64,000 nucleotides of DNA from assembly GCF_009914755.1 (NCBI RefSeq), contig NC_060938.1; one strand, written 5' to 3'. Both the position numbers and the translations under genes were made by a program. Each line of letters begins with the position of its first letter. The stretch's first letter is position 1. The stretch comes from the human T2T-CHM13v2.0 reference genome, Homo sapiens. The notes beneath the pieces are model-generated. The model did not search any database and was not told where the DNA came from. It saw nothing but the letters and a program-made list of their open reading frames with translations. Shown piece after piece: positions 33,126-48,040 of this stretch.

Positions 33126-35071
33126 TAGTCTGTGATGATTTGTCCTAAGGCTACATGCTGAGGAGACATCCATTAGTCTCTATGACCAGAGCTACTCTAG
33201 TGCTGTCTGTCTAAAGTCTTCTTGATCAGTCTTTTCCTCAGGTCTCTGAGCTATCCTATCCAATAATTTGTTTTGTTGCTTAGGGTAGCCGATAAGTCTT
33301 TGTTGCTTATAATAATAATAATAATAAACCTTCATGCAGTACTTTTAAATGTTTGGGAGAAATCACTTTGAAACAAATAGATACGTTTGTACATACTGGA
33401 AAAACTGCAAATATCTGTTCTTCTGGTGGAAATTATTTCAATATTTGTGTCTATTTGGCTTCATCTACCAGGAGGCACCAGTGATATATTAAGAAAAGGA
33501 CCCTGGATGTGACTGCATGACTCTCTAGATACGTCACATCACCTTCCCGACCTTAATTTTCTCATCTATAAATAACTTGACTAAGTTATTCAAGGTCCCT
33601 TCCAGCTTGAAAATCCGGTAATTCCATGGTCGTCTCTTTCCAAGGGCTTCCGTGTCAAAGGAGAGTTCAGGGTTTTCTCTCTTCCTCTGTCAATTCAGAG
33701 GGGCCCCGTGGATAAGGTAGAAGTTACAGTGCTACCACCAGCAGAAGACAGTGCTGATTTCAGGGGAAATGAATAAGCAGGCACAGAGAGGAACACTTGG
33801 TTTTAAAAATTCTGTCAGTTTAGAAGTAGGGAGTAGCAAATCCAGCCTCAAACACAGAGATCCAATTGTCTCTTCAGTTTGCATAGCTACACCCAGTGTC
33901 TGATACAGAATGCCCTGGTGTGTGTCCACTCCCTGGACTGCCTGGGGAGCTGGCCCGATTATACTGCCGTCGGCCGTCACATTGCATTACACTTAGGATA
34001 TAATAATACAGACACTCCACACTCAGAGCGGGAGAGGAAGACTCTTAACACACTGCTACGATTTATAGTGAGAATCTAAGAAAGGATAGCCACATAAGAG
34101 AAAGCCATTTCACTCAAGAGTTTTTCCAAACCTTATCCTTTTTGCTCAGCTAGCGTATCCACTTTCGTTAACAGATGGGCAAAATGTATTCTAAACAAGA
34201 AAAGAAGGGGTTTAATGGCTTACAAGATCATGGGCTTGCTGCCTACCATTGGGGTCACCCAGACATACTCTAAGAAATATGTGTATTAGTGCTGGTTTGA
34301 CTGCTCCCTCATTTTGTCATTTCACTAAATCTCACGGGACCCACGGGGGAAGTAATTGCCTTCTGGACTCACTCAAGCACAAAAGCATCCCTGATAGCTG
34401 CGAGCAGCCCAGCTAGGGCTGGTAAGCATTTTTTTGTTTGTCTAAATAAAACATTCTTTTCTTTATATTTTGTCTGCTAGACTTCTGGCCCTTTTAGAAA
34501 TTCATGTCCTAGCTGGATCTTCAGTCTGATTGAAGGCCACTTTTCTTTCCCATCCCCCAGTCCCAGAGCCAGTCTGAATGTGAGATATTATGACTAACAG
34601 ACCCTGCACAGGGTAGCTGGAGTCGTAAAATTAACCTCTCAGTGTATTGTCCATGATTGGCCATAAACTGGCCCTTTTACCTACATCGAGGGCAGTGTGA
34701 GAAAGATGTCTCTTCAGAAGCCATCTAGAAATGAATCACTTCCAGCACCACAGCTAATACGTTAATGAGTCCCCAAAGAATATAAATTCAGAAGCTGCCC
34801 TGAAAAGCTGCTTAGCAGCTCAGCTGAGAAGAATAATCCCTAGTTTTATGGAAGATGTGTGATAATGAGAGGGTGAAAAGACAGAGTGAACTGGGTCACT
34901 ATACGCATTACTTACCTTGCTCAATTATTTTTACTTTTCTGGTCCCACTCCCCCTCCATCACCACTCCCATCACACAGCAAAAACAAGCACTTCATACAG
35001 GATGTGGAACTTTGATCTCAGCTTTTTCACAACTGTATGTTTGTTTTCACAGAAGAGGAACCACCACCCAC

Positions 35072-36910
35072 CTGAGTTTTTGTCCGGCAGTCGGTTTATC
35101 CTCCACACAATGGAGTTGAAGGCATGCTCGTACTTGGCAGTTCCCAGAGTTACTCTCATGACAGGCTCAGAGCCAGAAACACTAGTGGAGCCAAAACTTG
35201 CCCCCCGGTTCACTTTGGCTTTCAAAGACTTTTCCCCCAGGACACTTTCCCTGCGGAAGTTTTTCACCCACTCACTGGGCACAGGGTAACGGATCATCAC
35301 ATTCTCACAGGGAACCTGAGTGAGGGGGTCACGATTGGCGGAGAAGCCAGTTGACATCCTCAGCCAGCTCTGCACCTCCACCTCTGCCCCATTGACACTT
35401 GTGGCCGTCCTGAGTGTGAAAGGCAAGGTCTTCTCAGCAAACACTGTCCTGAACCGCATTAGCTCAAACCGGCACGCATCCAAAGGGTTGAACAGAATGA
35501 CCCGTGAGTTGTGGAAAACATCCTCATCCACACACCCATGGAAACGGCACTCATGGAGCTTGATCCACTTTGTGGTGGTGGTGGGCATGATGTCCTGCCT
35601 CAAAACTATTTCATTCCCTTTGACGAGGATGTCATTGAGGCCCAGGCGGCACTCTGCGAGCCCAGACAGGAAACTCAGGATGTGGATCCGTGTCAAGACA
35701 TGGTGCTGGAGAATCTGGTTGTCTCCTTTGCTCACAATGCCAGAGAATTCATCTCTGACATCCACTGTAATCTCCTCTTCAAGGTAGTTGAGGCCAACTG
35801 TGCTCAAGTCCATTGACAACACTGGCAGATCCATGAGACGGTCCTGAACTGCATGGATGAAACTCAGGAAGTCATCGTAATTGGTGGTGCCCAGCTTAAT
35901 CACCTGTTCCCTCTCTGCTGTGTGGGCCACAGCAGGTTTGGGCTGGTATTTCTTCTTCTCTTTATAGGTGACACGGTCTATCCGCAAGCTGTGGATTCTG
36001 CCATTCTCATCATAGTTTTGAAGCCGGGGTTCTGAAATCTCATGACAGATCTCCAGCTTGAACTCACGGAATGGTTTTTCTAGGCCCTGCTCATAATACA
36101 GCTGCAGGTAACCAGTGTCTGTCAGTTTGACGAAGATCGGTCCCCAGTGCCTGGAGGACATGATGTTTTTCTTCTCAGGGATCCTCAACATCATTGGCCA
36201 CCCGTCACGAGGCTGGGACCGTGCTGATCCAGGCGGGTGAGCATCTAGTTCAATCCAGGCTACTGGGTCATCATCAGGTAGAGTTGCACTGCCAAAGTGA
36301 TCAGGGTCATCAATTTGGAGTTGTTTGAGTTTTTCAACAGCATCAGAGTGTGACTGGGTTTTGCTTGAATCATCAAAACTGATGGCATCCTGGTAGATGA
36401 CAATGAGGGAATCTCTTTGGCTTTTGCCCGTGGTACTGGAAATGGAACTGTTTTGGGAGCGCCTCTCCTGCTCCTCAAAGAAAGCACTGAAAGGGTTGAT
36501 AGGGGAGGGCTGTACATCCTGCAGAGTCTCATTCAGGAAAGGGTTGGTTGCCCTCCAAGGTGGAGCCTCAGTTACAGAAGGCGTGCGGTTTAAAGAGGAA
36601 ATATCCAGCTTCTGAACTTTGGAGAAGTTCATCAAAGTGCTCTTGGGACGGTCCCTCTTCTTAAATGATCCCATTGAATTATAAGGTACATCTGGGATCA
36701 CAGATGCACTTGGTGGTGTATTTGGCTTCAGAGGAGAGGTGACTGGTGGTAAAGGGCAGCTGACTTCATTGTCATCAAAGGTGACCCAGCTGGGAAAACG
36801 AGCAGAGGTCACTGGAGGGGCAGGGTGCCCATTCATGGCTGGACTGCTGGCCTGCCAGCTGATGGCCTCCATCTCTACTTCTTCATCTTCTTGAAGCGAG
36901 GAGGAATTGT
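35072..36910 (-). CDS. STON2: Stonin 2 large coding exon (about aa 191-804): WxxF motif, two NPF motifs, stonin homology domain, most of the mu-homology domain
   Basis: Translation matches stonin 2 (SWVTFDD, ATNPF, INPF, GWPMMLRIPEKKNIMSSRHWGP, FNPLDACRFELMRFR). Acceptor ttttccttttag|ACAATT at 36911/36910 and donor CTCAG|gtgggt at 35072/35071. Length 1839 nt, phase 1-1. Confidence 0.98.
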
Positions 36911-37579
36911 CTAAAAGGAAAAGGAGAACATATGAGCTACTGTTCAGGGGCTCTAGAGGTAAGGAAAACTGAAGTATAGGAATGAGGGATTACTAGAATT
37001 TTAACTGGAATCCAGTACATTCCAAAGCAGCTCATTATCTGTTTCAAGTGCTTAGTCTGGGCATAGATCTCACAATTCTGTAATGAGCACCCCAGAGGAG
37101 CTATCGCATTAAGTGCAATAAGAACCCAATGGCTATATCAATACAGAAGTATTGACTGGTAGTACCAAGGTCTCTTGCAATTTATATACTCTTCCTTATT
37201 TTATAAAAGCTTCTGGAATAGATGTTTTCTGTACTTAGCTTTGAGGAATGTGTTCTTAATTTTTAAACATTGAAAGCCATCTCCTATATAAAATGATATA
37301 AGCTCATCTCACTGAAAAAAAACAAGTTATCGTCTGTAAGTGATAATATGATTATAAATAATATTCTTGGAGGGATTTTAGCCTAAACATAATGAATAAA
37401 TATTAAAGACAAACAGTTAACCTTCTTAATATTCAGTAGGTTCATACATGTGAATAAGAAAAACACAAAAACCCCAAAAGAAGTCTGAGTAAAGAACATA
37501 GACAACTCATGAAAGAGAAACTAAAAAATGTCTAGTAAGTATGTGAAAAATATCGAATCTCACTAGTAATAAGAAAAAT

Positions 37580-37887
<308 letters not shown>

Positions 37888-38868
37888 TCAGTGAAGATTT
37901 TGAAAGATTTTAGTGCTCAATGAGGGTAAAGGTGCCATAATAGGAGCACTAAGTGGATGCTTAGTGAAACTAAGTTGCAACAGATGCTCTGAAAAGAGAT
38001 TGGGCAATTTATATTAAGGATCTTAACACATGTTAATAAACAATGACTTAGTAATTCTACCCTAAGAAAATAAATCTAAATTATGAACCAAGTTTGAAGA
38101 ACAGAGATGTCCATTTTGGCATTATTTATAATAGGGAAAAATATTTTAAATATTCAACAATTGGGTGAGTGTTAAGAAATTGAAGCCTACAATAAAATAA
38201 TACCCACCCACTAAAATGTTTACAAGTAGGCAGTATATCAGGAGAAAATGCTCATGATATAATCTCCTTTTTTTCTCTAAAATATTTTTCCATCTCGAAG
38301 TTTATTTTTTATGATAAAAAGGTTATTACAAATAAAACTCCACTTTAGCAGGGCCTTCAAGGAAAGAGATACAGGACTTGGGTTTGATGAGGGCAAGATC
38401 TAAACTTTTTCAGTAACCTAAGGACCGTGGGTATCTGCTGGGGCTGTGGGAAGGGAGGGGAAATGAGGCTTTTAGCAAGGAGGAATGAATTCTGATGAAG
38501 GAACAGCACAGACAACAAATGTGTGCATATAGTAGGCACTCAATAAGGTTTTTTGATTAAATAAGTGAGAAAAGAAACTTTGCTTTAGAGTAGCTCTTCC
38601 ATTCTCTACGTCTCTGCAGGAATGGGTATAGGGGATCTCTGCTACCATCCTATCCACTGTTTCTATGGCCAGTTGTTTGGAATCAAAGGGAAATGGATAC
38701 TCAAATGACTGAGTTTTCTGACCACCTCACTACATCTTCATGCATATCACATCCAACCACACCCATCAGCAATGCCGCACATAATTGCACATAATTATAC
38801 AAGGATGGGATGCTGGCTTGTCACCCATCTTTCCAAGTAATTTATTCAAACAGATAGCAATTCTCTCA

Positions 38869-39225
<357 letters not shown>

Positions 39226-40679
39226 CTAAACACGAGTATGCATATACATATACACATATCCATACCCACCCCAGAAACAAAATGAGCGAAAAGCATTTTC
39301 TATATCTACAGTGACTAAAAAGGATTCTAAAGCATTTTTAAATTAAAGATGAGAATCTCCTTCAAATTAAGCATGAATCCAGTTTTGTATAAGTGATTAA
39401 TTTTCTGAAAATCGAAGGGAAAACGGTCAGGAAACAACCTACACTTACAGTATTTATATTTTATTTATCATTTTGGTAACAAAGTCTAAAAGGAACATTG
39501 TGGTCCTGAGTGAAATATAATCACTTCCTTGGAATGGTAATTGATCCTGTCTAGAGAACTGGGAAAGGGGTACATCTCAAAACTCATCAACTTCTAATGA
39601 GGCAGCTCTAGAGAGCCTTTGTGATGTAGTGTTTCCACCCAAACAATCTCTATTGGCCCACCCCTGGCATCAGGGTTATCCTTTTTGTCTTGGAGCTCAC
39701 TCTGTAGTTTAAAACAAGCTGAAGTCCTTTTTCTTTGGAGGGCGGCTTTCTGCCAAAGCTGTTTACACTTGCCACCAAAGGATTCCCTTCTGTTGGGAAT
39801 CTTGTCCTCAAAACAGCCCTTCTCATCTTCTAAGCCAAAAATGAAAAGAGAAAAAAAGGCCTTTGTCCCTACTGAAGATCATTTTCTTACAATAAATTCC
39901 TTTTCAAACCAAGTTAGTTTAAATCACGCCAAGTCCTAAACAGTTTTGAAGCATTAGAGTTATAATACAAATTAAACAAGTGTCTTTAAATTTGAAGGGA
40001 AATGTTTGAATTCAATTAATTTCTAGGGATTCTATTTTCTTTCTGACAGTCATTAAAAAACATCATTAGACTTTGTTACAAAATTATCTTCCCTTTGGCA
40101 GGGGATAATTTCATGTCCCATAATTGCATGTATTTTTAAAACTTATTCTCTGGGATGGTAGCAGGGCATAGGTAAAATTTCTGAAATTGAGATTTTGTTT
40201 TTCTATGAAATAATTTATTTAAAGAAATCTGAGAATTGTAAGAAATAAATTCTAAGAGTTTATCCTAAGGAAATAACAGGACAAGCATGCAACGATGTAC
40301 ACAGTGATGTTTATTACAGCAATGCTTCTATCACAGAAAAACATGAAAAAACCTGAATGCCCAACAATGGGAGACTAGTTACATCAGTGGTCATACCCTT
40401 AAAATGAAATTCCATGTAGCTGTCAAGATGATGCTCTTGATGCATGTTAATTCACACGGAAGTTGACTAGGACATATTGTTGAGTGAATAACAAGAAACA
40501 CCTAAAATCTGCAGTCAAATTGCCTGCGTTTCAATTCCATACCTACGGCTTTTTAGATATGTGATTCTAGGCAAGTCTTAAATTTCCCTCTATCTCAGTT
40601 TTCCTATATATTAAATTAGGGAAATATTAAATCCTACCAGACAAATAATAAATGCTCAGTAGATGTAGGCTGTTCTTAG

Positions 40680-40708
40680 TACTACTGCTACTACTACTAC
40701 TACTACTA
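40680..40708. repeat. (TAC)n microsatellite
   Basis: Read directly. Confidence 0.9.
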
Positions 40709-41627
40709 GAATGATAATGTGTCATTATAGAAAGTACGTATGTATTAGAAAGCTTTGGAATATAATAATCTCGTAATATTTTGATGTGAAAACAAATCTC
40801 TCATGGGATAAGAGGTGATTTAAAAAATTCGAAATCTGTATTCTTTCTTTCAAAAACTGCAATGTTCCTTACAAAATAAAGCAACATAGCATTATAATAA
40901 AAGTTCAAAACATCTCTTTATTATTACTACTAATTAGCCTTAGAGAAAGGAAACAAAGTGCTTAGCTATAGTCTGTATTGAGAAAGCAGCAGTTAGATCT
41001 TTCCCAAGACAATTATGACTGGTGTGGCTGGGACTGGAAACAATGAGAGGGGGAAAAGCTGGCAAATTTCTCCAGTAAGAAATAGGCAAAAACCAAGTAT
41101 CTTGATCACAAAGCTAATTCTTCTCCACAATTCAATTTACTAATTTATTAAAATAAAACCAAAACCCAAACTCCAGCATTATTTTAATTACTATCCCTTC
41201 CACTGGCTACCTCCAAATTGTTTTTATTATGAGTCGGGCTGCTGCCAAACAAAAGCCATGTGTAAGGATTAGGTTCTCAGTCTACACCACAGGGAAAATT
41301 TCCAGTACCTAAGAGGTTCCTAGTGTCTTTACTGATGCAAACTAAAGAGAAGTGGTGGATTCTTTTAATGTTAGGCCGCAATCTATTTCAAGCTCCTAAA
41401 AGATTAAATTAAATAAAGTGATTTCAGTAGTAGTCAAAGCCACTAAAACTGAATAAAAAGTAAGAACTATGGCAGGAAAATTGTCTACATTTTGAACATA
41501 GAGACTCTACTATCTTCTTTCCCTTATTTGTTAACCTAATTTGTAAAAAAACCATATTGACAAATGTTCACTGGAATTTATTAGGAGTGGCAAGAACAAA
41601 TGTTCTAACATCACTGCAGGCTTCTAA

Positions 41628-42006
<379 letters not shown>

Positions 42007-43656
42007 CAGATACTGCATTTTTTATGACTAGAAGATCTGTGGCAACCCAAAGTCTGTCAACACCATCTTTACAACAGCACGTGCTCACTCTGTCTCTGGG
42101 TCACGTTTTGGTAATTCTCGCAACATTCAAACATTTTCACTATAATTATATCTGTTACAGTGATCTGTGATCTTTGATGATACTATTGTAACTGTTTTGG
42201 GGCACCATAAACTGTGCCCATATAAGATGGTAAACTTAATCAATAAAATGTGTGTGTTCTGGGCTGCTCCACAGTCTGGCCATTCCCCTATCTCTCTCTC
42301 TCTCTTCTTCAGGCCTCCTTATTCCCTGAGACAAAGCAATATTGAAATTAGGCCAATTAAGAATCCCACTATGGCCTCTAAGTATTCAGATGAAGAGTTA
42401 TATGTCTCTTACTTTCAATCAAGAGTGAGAGATGAGTAAGCTTAGTGAACAAGGCATGTCAAAAGCGGAGACAGGCCAAAAGCTAGGCCTTCCATGCCAG
42501 TTAACCCAGTTGTGAATGCAAAGGAAAACTTCTCAAAGGAAATTAAAAGTGCCACTTCAGTGAACACATGAATGATAAGAAAGTAGTGACAACATTCTCT
42601 TAAGCCAGAGCCTAATTCAGAGGAAGGCCCTACCTCTCATCAATTCTATGAAAGTGGAAAGAGGTGAGGAAATTGCAGAAAAAATAAATAAATAAATAAA
42701 GCTAGCAGAGGTTGGTTCATGAGGTTTAAGGAAAGAAGCCATTTCCATAGCATAAAAGTAGAAGGTCAAACAGCAAGTGCTAATGTAGAAGCTGCAACAA
42801 GTTATCCAAAATATTTACCTAATATAATTGAGGAAGGTGGCTACACTAAGCAACAGATTTTCACTGAAGATAAAACAGCCTTTTACTGGAAGAAGATGCC
42901 ATCTAGGATGTTAATAGCTAGAGAAAAGTCAATGCCTGGCTTCAAAACTTCAAAGGACAGGCTGACTCTCTTGCTAGTGGCCAATGTGGCTGGTGACTTT
43001 AAGTTGAAGCCATTGCTCATTAACCATTCAAAAAATCTTAGCACCCTTAAGAATTATGCAAATCTACCTTGCCTGTGCTCTGTCAATGGAAGAACAAAGC
43101 CCGGATGACAACGCATCTGTTTACAGCAGGAATTACTGAATATTGTAAGCCCAGGTTGAGACCTACCGCTCAGAAAAAAGAGGTTCCTTCCAAAAATATT
43201 ACTACGCACTGACAATGCACCTGGCCACCCAAGAGCACTGATAGAGATGTACAAGGAGATTAATGTTGTTTTCATGCCTGCAGCCGTGGAACACAACATC
43301 CATTCTCTATCCCATGGATCAAGGAGTAATTGTGATTTTCAAGTCTTCTTATTTAAGAAATACATTTTGTAAGGCTGCCATAGATAGTAATTCCTCTGAT
43401 GGATTGGGGCAAAGTAAACTGACAACCTCCTGGAAAGGATTCATCATTCTAGATGCCATTACAAACATCTGTGATTCATGAGAGAAGTTAACATTCACAG
43501 GAGTTTGTAAAAGTTGATTCCAAGCCTTGTGGATGACTTTGAGGAGTTCAAGACTTCAGTGGAGGAAATAACTGCAGATGTGGTAGAAACAGTGAGAGAA
43601 CAAGAAGTGAAACCTGAAGATATGACTGAATTGCTGTAATCTCATGATAAAACTTT

Positions 43657-43763
43657 TCTTTTTCCTTTTTATGGAGAACAGGGTCTCAAACTCCTGGGCT
43701 CAAGCTATCCTTCCGCCTTTGCCTAAGTGCTCAGATTATAAGCATGATCCACTGCACTCGGCC
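43657..43763 (-). pseudogene. BC200 (BCYRN1)-like or FLAM-C monomeric retrocopy inside Tigger1
   Basis: Minus strand reads ...ggatagcttgagcccaggagtttgagaccctgttctccataaaaaggaaaaag. TSD tcatgataaaacttt at 43642-43656 and 43764-43778. Confidence 0.7.
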
Positions 43764-43906
43764 TCATGATAAAACTTTAATGGATGAGGAGTTGCATCTT
43801 ATGGATGAGAAAATAAAGTATTTTCTTGAGATAGAATCTACTCCTGGTGAAGATGCTGTGAACACTGTTGAAATGACAGCAAAGAGTTTAGAATATTACA
43901 TAAACT

Positions 43907-44376
<470 letters not shown>

Positions 44377-46414
44377 AATATTACATAAACTTAGTTGATA
44401 AAGCAGCAGCAGGATTTGAGAGGATTGACTCCAATTCTGAAAGATGTTCTACAGTGTGTTAAATGTTATCAAATAGCATCACATACTACAGACAAATCTT
44501 TCATGAAAGGAAGGGTCAATTGATGCAGCAAACATCATTGTTGTTTTACATTAAGAAATCGTCACGGCCATTCCAACCCTCAGCAGCCACCACCCTGAGG
44601 CAAGGCTGTTCACCAGAAAAAGATTATGTCTTGCTGAAGGCTCAGGTGATCATTAGCACTTTTAGTAATAAAGTGGTTTTAATTAAAGCATGTACATTGT
44701 TTACACATAATGCTATTGCACAACTAATAGACTATAGTATAGTGTAAGCATAAGTTTTATCTGTACTAAGAAACAAAAAAATATGTGTGACTTGCTCTAC
44801 TGCAATCCTTGCTTTATTGCAGTGGTCTGAAACCAAACCTACAGTATATCTGATGTATGCCTGTACTTAAAACTGTACAACCAGCCACAGATACACAGTA
44901 GGTATTTCATATTTATGCAGTAATTTGTTAAGTGAAAAGAGGAACACAGAATTTTGGGGCTTGGAGAGATTTCAGAAATAGTAAAACTTGACCTCTTCAT
45001 TTTACAGAGAAGCCTGAGGTCAGCAATTTTAAGTAAACTGTCCAAGTTGAGATCAGAAGTCAAGTCCTGCTTTTAATTTTTAGTAACTCTAGTATTTCCT
45101 TAATGCTTGTTCATTAAGCTAAAATCTGGTGAATTTTTCCCATTACCTTTTGAGATTGGCAAGAGTTATCTTGACACAACTTCTTAGGAACATTTTTCAA
45201 CAGGGAAAATAAGTTAATTAATTAAGGATTAACATCTATTTACATAGAGAAGTCTTTGGGCAAAAGGTCAAGTGATGTCATGCACTAATGTGTAAATGTA
45301 TAGGGTGAGAGAAGGGAGGAGTTAGTCATATCAAGCTTATCAAGGGAGCTTCTAACGTGCGTAAAATATGCTGGAATCTACTTAGTCATAACAAAATACT
45401 ATGATAAAAAGAGGAGCCGGAGGATAAGTCTACGCTGGGACCTACTTAGTCATTACAAATGATACGTACTAATGATAAAGAGGACGCCAGAGGATAAGTG
45501 TATTCATCTGTCTCAGCATTGTCCAGGACGGAGGATGCTTCGATGCTGGTAAATAAAGTACCTGGTCAGAGATATTCCCAAAGTGAAGAAGCCAGTTCAT
45601 CAAACTACCACTTAACATTACTTAACAGAATCTTTATCAAGACACCACATTCTCATTTTTACTTACTAAGGTGACCTATGAAGCAGTACTGCGCACCTTC
45701 TTCAAATGACTGGTTCAGCCTGCCCTGCCAACTCCCTCCCTGCCATTAGGACAGCCTGACCTGACACATCCCAGCTTTCATTTTTTTTGCTCAGAAAAGC
45801 AAGCATCAGACTTTAAGTTTGTTGACTGGTCCAGGACTATCCCCAGTTTATTCCATGTTGGTGGGGTACAGCCTCACGTGGTGACCAAGAATATCTTTTC
45901 TCTCTGGTTCTAAACTTCTGCCTCTGTTTTACCATTGCCCACTTCCCCATGCTCTCCCCAATACTCTACCTTTGGATCCCTACTTCTGGCCTCTTCCTCT
46001 GACAACCAACTATGACTGAACTGGCTTATTGGTTCCCTGCCTCAATGTGCCTTTCTGATATCCGTTTCTTGGGCTGTCTTAGATGAGGGCTCCATTCTCC
46101 AACTCAGCCTGGGCAGAGACTCCATTACGACACCTTGCTGTGGTCTGATACGGCAAACACCAGTTCCCCAGCAGAGGTCTCACGCCGAGGGCAGGGATAG
46201 ATTCTGGCATCTATGGTAAACTGAAAAATCAGTATTCTGCTTTATAAATTAGTTCCTTAACATTTTATATAACAAGGTATCTTGAAAAGAGTTAACTAGT
46301 GATAGTGAAACCTGCAGAGACCCTAAGCTGTGTTTTATTTTATATTGCCATAGCAAAAAGCACCTGTTTCCTTCCTATTCTCAAATATAGTCATTTTCAA
46401 CTGTAGAGTGTATC

Positions 46415-46790
46415 GCCATTGTTGGTTAATGACAGGAATGTATCCTGAGAAATGCATCAACAATGGTGATTTCCTCATTGTGGGAACATCATAGATAGAG
46501 TGTAGTTACACACACCTAGGTAGTATATCATCATAGACTGTAGTTACACAAACCTAGATAGTATAACCTACTATACTCCGAGGCTGCATGGTATAGCCTA
46601 TTGCTCCTAAGCTACAAACGTGTACAGCATGTTACTGTACTGAATACTGCAGGCAATTATAAGCGTTTGTATACCCAAAGATATCTAAACATAGAAAAGG
46701 TACAGTAAAAATATGGTTGTAGAGTCATACAGGACCACTGACATACACGTGTTCTGTTGTTGACTGAAATGTTATGTGGGGCATGGCTGT
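46415..46790 (+). mobile_element. Tigger3a/MER7-like DNA transposon with a small internal duplication
   Basis: tcctgagaaatgcatc...atagcctattgctcctaagctacaaac.tgtacagcatgttactgtactgaatactg...gcatggctgta. The segment atcataga..tgtagttacaca.acctag occurs twice. Confidence 0.75.
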
Positions 46791-47579
46791 ACTTATGAGC
46801 CGATCAAAGAGAACTAAACCAAGGAGTTTGCAGGAGCTCAGCCTTTTGGATGTGAAGCTCTGCTCAATGGACCATCAAACACCTATATGGTATGAAAAGA
46901 AGTGAAAAGGGGGCTCTTTTTGTTTCGGAGGTTAAAAGAGAAGGTGTCCTATATCTACAGGTACCATAAGGGAGAATGTATCATAGGAGCAAGGGAAAAA
47001 GGGTGGGGGGGTCTCCATTCTTACTGATTTTAGCACACTTCTTATACCCATGCCAGGGCTGGGGAGCCAGAAAAAGTACTTCCTGGAGGAGCACTGGGTA
47101 AGTCCCCAGAAGCAGTGGCAGGACTATAATGCCCACACTCTTACTGTGACCAGGACAGGTGACTCATTAGGACTGCCCTCTGCCACAGAAGTCTCACTCA
47201 TGTGCACCTCCACATCCTCACTATTCACCTGCCCACCAGGTGAACACACCCCAGCAACAACGCAGGATGCTTGCAAGATCCAAGAAGCTTCTGGACCTTT
47301 GAAGGGGTCAGGAACAATTAGGTTCCTGGATGTTAGTGAAGGGCTAGGCTGTATCAGTAGAACCTAAAGTGGAATTAGATAGGACTGAACCCTGATGTTA
47401 CATTTGGTCAGAGATACCCATTTCTAACAGCCACATCACCCTTGGGTGAGCAAGTAAGATCAGTTTCAGGCTTTGTAAGATGATTCTCAGGTCCTGGAAT
47501 TGCCACGGAAGGTAAAGGCTCACCGTTGCAATAGTTAGAAGACAGAAAAAAGGACCAGATTTATAAAAGATTAGGGAAT

Positions 47580-48040
47580 AAGTGGGGGACTGGTCAGTGG
47601 TGGGAAAAACTATAGGGAAAGGACGCAAACCTTCTGAAAGGTCGGAAGGTTCTGCAGAGCCCCAGGGGAGAATAGCTGAAGACAGCTGTTCTATAACCCT
47701 GAGGCAGAGGGCAAGGAGTGGGTACAAGGGAGTATGGGGGAATTTATCTTAAACAGGCTTATTTACTTATGTTGACCAGGAACTGACCTTTATCATCTGC
47801 GCGTGTGACATTCCTTGAAAGGGGAACAATAAATGTTAATTACCTGCTGGTTGTGTTGGCTCCAGGTTTTTGGCATTGTGCCTGCACTGAATAAAAAGCA
47901 AGCAGCTCCAGCTCCTCGGGGCTGCACTTTGGCCACCAGAGCCGGCCAGTCCCCTAGCTGCTCTTACACTGCATACCTGTGTCTGAGTACTCATTTCATC
48001 CATCCGTCCGTTGGCCAGGGTTTGTGGGACAGACTCAGCA
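47580..48040 (+). mobile_element. Solo LTR of the LTR22 family (HERV-K HML-5)
   Basis: ggtgggaaaaactatagggaaaggacgcaaaccttctgaaagg...aataaaaagcaagcagctcc...gggacagactcagca matches recalled LTR22. 5-bp TSD ggaat at 47575-47579 and 48041-48045. Confidence 0.8.

Noticed and set aside
34855-36615. Several plus-strand ORFs overlapping STON2
   Set aside because: They are antisense shadows of a coding exon, with no recognisable homology or independent signals.
34971-36872. 633-aa ORF as a standalone gene
   Set aside because: It is an internal STON2 exon. The Met is about residue 204, and the tail after DKNS (GGWWFLF...) is intron read-through past the GT donor at 35071.
42719-43481. Domesticated TIGD1-like transposase gene
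   Set aside because: The Tigger1 ORF is fragmented by stops, frameshifts and insertions.
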